Origin: an uncultured bacterium
GTDB lineage: Bacteria; Bacillota_I; Bacilli_A; RFN20; CAG-826
NCBI GenBank assembly: GCA_949285665.1
Contig: CASDYC010000001.1
Span: forward strand, 456,107 to 520,106
Length of the DNA stretch: 64,000 nt
Reading direction: 5' to 3'
The notes below the pieces were generated by a model. That model saw nothing but the letters and a program-made list of their open reading frames with translations, searched no databases and was not told where the DNA came from. Below, one piece after another: positions 57,960-64,000 of this stretch. A program made the translations under genes and the position numbers. Within the stretch, counting starts at the first letter, position 1, and each line of letters opens with the position of its first letter.

Positions 57960-58841
57960 TTAGTTATTTTTATCGATATATTTTTTAATAAATTGTTTGA
58001 CGCTTTCACCAATATCGTCTCTTAAACAACTATAAAAAATAAATGCTTCAGCATATCCAAGTTTCGAACCTGTATCAAATCTAATTCCTTGTAAGTTTTT
58101 AGCAAATATTTTGTTATTATCAACCAACATATTTTTTAAAGCATCAGTTAATTGAAATTCGTTATTTTTTCCAACTTTTAATTTTTCAATGAAATCAAAA
58201 ATATTATTTTTAAAGATATATCTTCCAATAATTGCATAATTTGAAGGTGCTTTTTCAATTTCTGGTTTTTCCATTAAATCATTTAATTGAAATACATCAG
58301 CTTCAATCTCTTTTTCAACACCAACTATTCCATATTTAGATACTTCGCTTTTATCAACTTCTTGAACTGCAATTACATTACAATCATATTGATTATAAAT
58401 ATCTAATAATTGTTTTAAACAAGGATAATCTTGATTATACATTAAATCATCACCTAAAATTACTGCAAAATCTTCTCCAGCAATTTCATTTTTTGCAACA
58501 TATAATGCATTTGCAAGTCCAATTGGTTTTTCTTGATAAACAAAACTAATCTTAACACCACTTCCAATTGACTCTATTGCTTTTAATTCATTTAATTTAT
58601 TTTCTTTTTTTAGTGTTTTAGTTAATTCTTCATCTTTTGAATAATACTTTTCAATTTCTGGTTTTTTATTATTAACAATTAAAATAACTTCTTCAATGCC
58701 ACTTTTTTTACATTCATCTACTAAATATTCTAGGTTAGGTCTGTCAACAATTGGAAGCATTTCTTTTGCAACAGATTTAGTAAATGGCAAAAATCTAGTG
58801 CCTAAACCTCCGGCAGTAATAATTACTTTTTTTATTTTCAT
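57960..58841 (-). CDS. galU: UTP--glucose-1-phosphate uridylyltransferase
   Basis: N-terminal motif KKVIITAGGLGTRFLPFTKSVAKEMLPIVD. 293 aa. Confidence 0.8.
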   Translation of the reverse strand: MKIKKVIITAGGLGTRFLPFTKSVAKEMLPIVDRPNLEYLVDECKKSGIEEVILIVNNKKPEIEKYYSKDEELTKTLKKENKLNELKAIESIGSGVKISFVYQEKPIGLANALYVAKNEIAGEDFAVILGDDLMYNQDYPCLKQLLDIYNQYDCNVIAVQEVDKSEVSKYGIVGVEKEIEADVFQLNDLMEKPEIEKAPSNYAIIGRYIFKNNIFDFIEKLKVGKNNEFQLTDALKNMLVDNNKIFAKNLQGIRFDTGSKLGYAEAFIFYSCLRDDIGESVKQFIKKYIDKNN

Positions 58842-58845
58842 ATAT

Positions 58846-59259
58846 TTATTTTCCTTTTTTCTTATTTTTTGTTTTTAATTCTTTATTAATTAAGTATCTT
58901 AAATGTTTCAAATCTTGATTTGAAAATTTATAATGTCGATCGATAAAACCATTGTCTAATAAGAGTTTTGAATAAATAAAATCCATTGTTGTTTGATTTG
59001 GATCATATTTTAATCTTTTTGTTTTTTTCTTGGTTTCTTTTTTCATTGAGTTTGAAATATAATCTTCAATATTTTTTTCTAAATTTCTAAAATTATAATT
59101 TTCAACAATCATTCTCAACATTGGTTCAAAATAAATTAAATCGTCAATAATTAAGTCGGCCTTGATATTTACCCCTTTTGATAAAGTATCAACATCGACA
59201 ATTTTTTTATTTGTTGACTTTAAAAATTTATCGTATTTTTTTAAATTAGATAACTTCAT
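58846..59259 (-). CDS. Small Lys-rich basic protein of unknown function
   Basis: 137 aa, very high K content. It sits between the thioesterase-like gene (overlapping it by 14 nt) and galU (4-nt gap). Confidence 0.35.
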   Translation of the reverse strand: MKLSNLKKYDKFLKSTNKKIVDVDTLSKGVNIKADLIIDDLIYFEPMLRMIVENYNFRNLEKNIEDYISNSMKKETKKKTKRLKYDPNQTTMDFIYSKLLLDNGFIDRHYKFSNQDLKHLRYLINKELKTKNKKKGK

Positions 59260-59998
59260 TTATTTTACCTTCAACGTTGCACTTAAAAACAACCAAATCA
59301 TTTGAAATTCCAATCATTTCTTCTTTATTTTCATCAACCTTATATTTATAGACTTTAATAACATCATTAATATAAGATTGTTTTATAAAATCAACTTGAA
59401 TTGAATCAATTAAATCAAAACTAGAAGAATTAAAAATAATTTCAACATATTTTGCATTATTCATGTGTTTATTTCGATCATAATAACTTCTATAAACTTT
59501 AAATTCATCAACATATTTAAAATTTTTATCGAGTTTAAAGTTTAATTTTTTTAAACTTTCAAGAGAAATTTTATCCCAATATCCTTTATTAAAATCTAAT
59601 TGTCTTCTAATTTCTACAAATTTAGTTTTTAAATTAAAAACAGTCCAAACAGATGAGGCTTTGATCAATAATTCATCATTTAAATCATAAACTTCAAATT
59701 CTCTCATATAGTCAATTTTATTTGGTTTTAATGGCCATGTTTTAATTTTTACTTTTTTTAATTCTTTAACTCTTTTAATTATTTGATATTTTTGTCTAAT
59801 TAAAACCCAAATTAAATTATCCTTAATCAAATCATAAAAACCAAGACCGTTTTCTTCGGCCTGAATTGTTGCCGCTTCTTGTAAAATATCAAAAATAGCT
59901 TCTGGTTTTAAGTTATCATCTTGGTCTAATTGACCACTTGTTATATTGAAAGTATAAGTATTAATTAAAAAGTCGTTCATAGTATGTATATTATACAT
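59246..59998 (-). CDS. Acyl-ACP thioesterase-like (hot-dog fold) protein
   Basis: 250 aa. The pattern DNLIWVLIRQKYQIIKRVKELKKVKIKTWP....REFEVYD...LIKASSVWTVFNLKT parallels acyl-ACP thioesterase family members. Confidence 0.5.
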   Translation of the reverse strand: MYNIHTMNDFLINTYTFNITSGQLDQDDNLKPEAIFDILQEAATIQAEENGLGFYDLIKDNLIWVLIRQKYQIIKRVKELKKVKIKTWPLKPNKIDYMREFEVYDLNDELLIKASSVWTVFNLKTKFVEIRRQLDFNKGYWDKISLESLKKLNFKLDKNFKYVDEFKVYRSYYDRNKHMNNAKYVEIIFNSSSFDLIDSIQVDFIKQSYINDVIKVYKYKVDENKEEMIGISNDLVVFKCNVEGKINEVI

Positions 59999-60054
59999 AT
60001 TTTAATTAATATTGCATAATATAAATTAAAAAACTACAGCAAAACCTTAATATT

Positions 60055-60822
60055 TTATTCTTGAGTAAATAAATATTTTTTAAATATCTTTATAATTAAT
60101 TCAAAAATTACAACATAGAATACAATAATTAAAATACTACCAATTAAATCCGAAGTATTTAGAGAATCTTTATATATTTTAATTAAAAATCCTAATGAAT
60201 TTTCTTGTAAAACTAAATATTCACACATTACCGTTGTCTTAAAAGCTAAGCCAATTCCTTGAAATAAAGACATAATAATATATGGAAAAATCATTGGTAT
60301 AAATATTTTAAAAAACTTAATAAATATATTTGCTTTATTTAATTCTAAATCATCTAATATATCTTTATTTATATTATTAATTCCATTTATGTTAGCTTCT
60401 AATAATAATGGAATTAATAACATACAAGTTACTACATAATTAACTCCATTACTTGGTAAAATTAAAAATAAATATAAAGTAATTGCTGCAAGTGGAGCAA
60501 CTTTAAAAATATATAAAATTGGTTTAAATAAATTTAAAAGTGGCTTATATAATACAAATATAAAAGTTAAAAATAATGAAATAATAAAAGAAATAACTAC
60601 ACTAATTAATACTCTAAAAAATGAATAAGCTAGAGGAACAAATTTACTTAAATCATAAAAAAATCCACCAAAGCTAACAAATACAGAACTTAAATCAGGA
60701 TATACAAATTCATTATTTTGAAATATAGTTATAAAAAAATATATTAAAATTACTACTAAAATCCCACTAATTCCAAATAAATATGGACTATAAGTAGAAA
60801 TCTTCTTTTGGATCTTCACCAT
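60055..60822 (-). CDS. ABC transporter permease (binding-protein-dependent, 6 TM)
   Basis: Polytopic 255-aa protein with an EAA-like loop (LLEANINGINNINKDILDDLELNKANIFIKFFKIFIP). It lies directly downstream of a binding-lipoprotein gene. Confidence 0.55.
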   Translation of the reverse strand: MVKIQKKISTYSPYLFGISGILVVILIYFFITIFQNNEFVYPDLSSVFVSFGGFFYDLSKFVPLAYSFFRVLISVVISFIISLFLTFIFVLYKPLLNLFKPILYIFKVAPLAAITLYLFLILPSNGVNYVVTCMLLIPLLLEANINGINNINKDILDDLELNKANIFIKFFKIFIPMIFPYIIMSLFQGIGLAFKTTVMCEYLVLQENSLGFLIKIYKDSLNTSDLIGSILIIVFYVVIFELIIKIFKKYLFTQE

Positions 60823-61786
60823 AAGTATTAAGATTTAAATCTTTTAATAAATCTAAATAAAAATTAATTGCTTCTTTATCAGTATTTATATCATCTTCTA
60901 CTTTTATATTAGAATTTGGAATTGCTGATTTTAATACATCAATAGAAAACGTTGAAAATGTTGAAATATTATTTTTTGCATTATTCGCCGTTGTTTCAAT
61001 ATCAATATTTGAATCATTAATGGTATTTTTAAAATTATCTAAAATATCAAGATTATAATTTTCAATATAATTTTCTGATACAAACAAAGCTGCTTGAGGA
61101 TAAGAAGATTTTCCAGTTATTTTCTTATATTCTTTTTGCATATCAATAATATTAAATTTTAAACCTTTAGACTTTAATTGACTTAAAGATGGTTCAGCAA
61201 TAATAATTGTGTCAACTTTATTAGATGTAAATTGAGCAACTGCATCTGCTACATCACTTGTATAATCAATACTACAATTTTCAATATTATTAGAATCTAA
61301 TATTGTTCTTAAAATAATATCTGGAGTATTGTTTTTTTGAAATGCTAATATTTTATTATTATTTAAATCGTCTAAACTACTTATAGTTTTTGAAATAATA
61401 TAAAAATTACCCCAAACAATACTTCTATAGTATTTATAATAACTACCTTTATTATAAGTTGTTAAACCTACAGTTAATGGAGCAACAATAAAATCATATT
61501 CTTGTTTTTCTGATATAAAATTTGGAGCAAGTAAATCAGCTCCCCCAACAGTTAGTGATCCTTGATGTTCAGCTTCAAAATTTGCAAGAGCTAATGCTGG
61601 AGTTCCACTAGGTGTTAAAACTTTTATTTCATCTTTAACTGGTTTATCAGTTACATTATTACTAGTTGTTGTAACTTCTGTCTTTGTTTTATTTGATAAT
61701 TTTGTGTCTGAATTATTTTGACAAGATGATAAAAATAAAATTGGTAATATAGATATAATTAAAAATTTGTTTTTCATAAATTTCAC
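60788..61786 (-). CDS. ABC substrate-binding lipoprotein (NMT1/SsuA-like fold suspected)
   Basis: Lipoprotein signal MKFMKNKFLIISILPILFLSSC. Thr/Asn-rich linker. 332 aa. Co-oriented with the permease. Confidence 0.5.
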   Translation of the reverse strand: MKFMKNKFLIISILPILFLSSCQNNSDTKLSNKTKTEVTTTSNNVTDKPVKDEIKVLTPSGTPALALANFEAEHQGSLTVGGADLLAPNFISEKQEYDFIVAPLTVGLTTYNKGSYYKYYRSIVWGNFYIISKTISSLDDLNNNKILAFQKNNTPDIILRTILDSNNIENCSIDYTSDVADAVAQFTSNKVDTIIIAEPSLSQLKSKGLKFNIIDMQKEYKKITGKSSYPQAALFVSENYIENYNLDILDNFKNTINDSNIDIETTANNAKNNISTFSTFSIDVLKSAIPNSNIKVEDDINTDKEAINFYLDLLKDLNLNTYGEDPKEDFYL

Positions 61787-61820
61787 CCTATAAAATTATA
61801 CTTTTAATCTATCAAAAAAA

Positions 61821-61838
61821 ATGTGATAATTATCACAT
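61821..61838. promoter_or_regulatory. Perfect 18-bp CRP/FNR-type palindrome ATGTGATAATTATCACAT (TGTGA-N6-TCACA)
   Basis: Exact inverted repeat in the divergent promoter region. It abuts the ATG of the Crp/Fnr-family gene at 61839 and lies 35 nt upstream of the binding-protein gene. Confidence 0.55.
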
Positions 61839-62432
61839 ATGTTAGATAATTTAATTATTTTTTTTATAAATAATAAAGAAAACTATGCAAAAATTAATCT
61901 TAATAAAAATGAAGTTTTATTTTTTGAAAATCAAAAAAACGAAAATATTTATTTTATCTTAAAAGGGGAAATTAATATTTCTACAAATCAATTTAATGAA
62001 GAAATTATTTTCAACACTTTGAAAGAAAATGATATTTTTGGAAATAATAATATATTTTCAAAAGATAAAATTGTAAAAGGTACGGCATTTGCAAAAAAGA
62101 AAACTAAACTTTTAGTAATTGATAAATTAAGTTTTATAAATTTATTAAAAAATGATTTATTTTTAGAAGAATATTTAACATATCAATCAAATATTATAAT
62201 TACTCAAAAAGCTTATTTAAGATTATTAAAAATTAACAACTTAAAAAATAAACTTATATATTTATTAAAAGAAAATAATAATCAATATAAATATGAATCA
62301 ATTAATAAACTTTCAATCTATTTAGCTACAACAAGAGAAAATTTATCAAGAACATTAAGTAAATTAGAAAAAGAAAATATTATTTCTATAAAAAATAAGA
62401 TTATATTTCTAAATAATGAATCAATTATTTAA
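61839..62432 (+). CDS. Crp/Fnr-family transcriptional regulator
   Basis: N-terminal cNMP-binding beta-roll (IYFILKGEINIS) and a C-terminal helix-turn-helix (RENLSRTLSKLEKENII). Confidence 0.65.
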   Translation: MLDNLIIFFINNKENYAKINLNKNEVLFFENQKNENIYFILKGEINISTNQFNEEIIFNTLKENDIFGNNNIFSKDKIVKGTAFAKKKTKLLVIDKLSFINLLKNDLFLEEYLTYQSNIIITQKAYLRLLKINNLKNKLIYLLKENNNQYKYESINKLSIYLATTRENLSRTLSKLEKENIISIKNKIIFLNNESII

Positions 62433-62904
62433 CAAAAATTGAACCAACTCCTATTAAACCACCGACAATTGGAAATACACCAGCAATAATTGTTCCCGTT
62501 CCAATTCCATAAGAGACAAGTTCGTTTTTTAAATTATCAAAAATATCACCAAGACCACCTTCAGAAGAACTTATAGCTGTATATGTAGATGGAGCAATGA
62601 AAAACATAACACCACCGACAATTGCTAAAACTCCACCGATTAATTTCAATATTTTATTATTACTAAATAACAAAAGAGCACCAATTAAACTTAAAATAAA
62701 TCCTAATAAACTCATTACTAAAATACTATTCTCGTTTAATCCAAAGACATAATCACTAAGATTAAATAAATTTATTGGTTCACCTTCATTAATGCTCATT
62801 GTGATACCAGTAAAGGCTAAACCAATCAGAAATAAAAAGGTTATAATTCCGCCTAAATTATTAACAAAATAACCTTTGATTCCAGAAGAAGCTTTTTTTG
62901 CCAT
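62425..62904 (-). CDS. Small Gly-rich membrane protein of unknown function
   Basis: 159 aa with four hydrophobic segments rich in small residues. RBS AGGAGGAA. Confidence 0.35.
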   Translation of the reverse strand: MAKKASSGIKGYFVNNLGGIITFLFLIGLAFTGITMSINEGEPINLFNLSDYVFGLNENSILVMSLLGFILSLIGALLLFSNNKILKLIGGVLAIVGGVMFFIAPSTYTAISSSEGGLGDIFDNLKNELVSYGIGTGTIIAGVFPIVGGLIGVGSIFVK

Positions 62905-63066
62905 ACCAATTCCTCCTATTTATTTATTTGTTTATACATTAATTATATAGTAAATGTAATATGTATTTAATACATTTCTAATATTTTTTTATTAAAAATT
63001 TTATCTTATTTTTTGTCATCTTTAAAAACTGAAATATTTTATTTAAATTTTAAATTTTTATTGTGT

Positions 63067-64000
63067 TTAAATTTGATTATTAATTAATTCTAAATAAAAA
63101 GTAACTGGTCTAAATCCATCATTACAAGATACCATTGCAGAATATGGATTTTTCATCCAACCATCAAAAAAAGTTTCCTTTACCATTTAATAAATCTTTT
63201 ATAAAAGGATATAAAGTTTCCCATGCTGAATTACATAAATTATCTGGTTTTTCTAATTTGCTAACATAAAAAACATCACCAACTTTTAAATTACATGGTA
63301 GTTCGATTTTATTTTCATATTTAGAAATTAAATCATCATATATTGTAATTTTTAAGACACTAATTTTAACAATCATAAAACTTTTTTATTAAAATGACCT
63401 CTTGTTTGATTTAAATTATCAAAAGTTGTTAAATCTTTATTATTTTTTAAAATATCGATGCAATTCTTAATTATTTTTTCAACCTCACTTTTATTTTCAG
63501 TTGTAAATATTAATCTATAAACGGAGATTCCATTAATTTTTTTAATATTATCCATTAAATTTAATATCTTAGAATTTAATACATTCATTGTACAATCATC
63601 ATTAAAAGTTAATGGAAAAGTAGCAAACTTATCTTTTAGTCCAAATTTATTACTTTTACAAGAATTACACATATTTAGCCTTTTTAAAACACAATACTTA
63701 GAATGCATTAAAGTTTGTCTTCCATATATAATTAATTCTAAATTTGGATAAGTATTAAAATTACTATAATAATTATTAACTAAATTATTTATTTGATCTT
63801 TTGATAATTCTAAAGATAAAGTTATTCGTTTAGCTCCAAGATTACTTAATAATGCAACATCTAAATAATTTGAAACATTAAAAGAATAATCTGTAACTAA
63901 ATTTAAATTACTATCTTTATATTTTTCTAGTGAACCATAGCCTCCAATTAATAGCTCATTATTGTCAACAATTTCTGGTTCATTTTCATTATTTCTTCGA
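63067..64000 (-). pseudogene. U32-family peptidase gene broken at two homopolymer runs (3' part; the gene continues past the window end)
   Basis: The minus-strand frame is open from position 64000 and carries the U32 signature region ELIIYGRQTLMHSKYCVLKRLNMCNSC. A stop at 63373 occurs where an A6 run would restore the frame if it were A7. The stop at 63164 sits in a T7 run, and if that run were T6 the frame continues 35 codons (FDGWMKNPYSAMVSCNDGFRPVTFYLELINNQI) to the stop at 63067-63069. Confidence 0.45.

Noticed and set aside
59983-62962. Short AT-rich palindromes ATGTAT(N3)ATACAT at 59983-59997 and about 62948-62962
   Set aside because: They have 6-bp arms in DNA of roughly 28% GC, and chance occurrence is likely. 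No shared gene context was found.
63100-63163. Inverted repeat aaatccat...atggattt downstream of the 63164 stop as a terminator
   Set aside because: This region is more plausibly coding, as the frameshifted continuation of the U32 peptidase C-terminus. The loop is 24 nt and no U-tract follows.
1-64000. Mollicute genetic code 4 (TGA read as Trp)
   Set aside because: The long ORFs (1188-aa PFOR, 936-aa OppA, 875-aa AdhE) are uninterrupted under the standard code. Trp in conserved motifs is TGG, and TGA ends some genes (63164, 63373). Standard code 11 fits.
1-64000. CRISPR arrays, IS elements, integrases, prophage genes, rRNA
   Set aside because: No direct-repeat/spacer periodicity, transposase or integrase-like ORFs, or rRNA-like conserved stretches were seen. 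The only stable RNA is tRNA-Thr at 9348-9421.

Overview
This 64-kb window is extremely AT-rich and gene-dense. About 90% is coding, and most genes lie on the minus strand. It reads like a wall-less, low-GC Firmicutes/Tenericutes-type anaerobe that uses the standard genetic code: Trp is encoded by TGG, and the 3.5-kb PFOR gene and every other long ORF are free of in-frame TGA. In order along the window: an oppA-B-C-D-F oligopeptide transporter cluster (minus strand) whose ATPases carry large Lys/Glu-rich insertions; a CarD/CdnL-like regulator; a single tRNA-Thr(GGT) with its own terminator; a RimO/MiaB methylthiotransferase; a four-domain flavodiiron-rubredoxin protein; an asymmetric heterodimeric ABC exporter; ecfA1-ecfA2-ecfT-truA; dCMP deaminase; a glycoconjugate locus with a CBS protein, a membrane GT2 synthase, a polytopic partner, a surface-anchored protein and a GT4; a GH13 alpha-glucosidase; two PII-like proteins coupled to an internally duplicated DUF1538-like membrane protein; an NfnAB-like pair; an iron alcohol dehydrogenase; a P-loop kinase and an NAD(P)HX dehydratase; a DUF402 protein with a membrane protein; a TPP-riboswitch-controlled ThiT-like membrane protein; ung, an arginase-family enzyme and cdd; two tandem paralogous ~800-aa Thr-rich lipoproteins; an anaerobic redox island with an atypical [FeFe]-hydrogenase, adhE, rex and PFOR; a tightly coupled ogt-isf-nudix-glf-ATP-grasp operon; galU; an acyl-ACP-thioesterase-like gene; an ABC permease and binding protein with no ATPase, divergent from a Crp/Fnr regulator across a perfect CRP-type palindrome; and a U32 peptidase gene broken at two homopolymer runs. 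I saw no rRNA, CRISPR array, transposase or integrase. All calls rest on reading motifs in the supplied translations, on gene order, and on RNA folds worked out by hand. No database search was possible.
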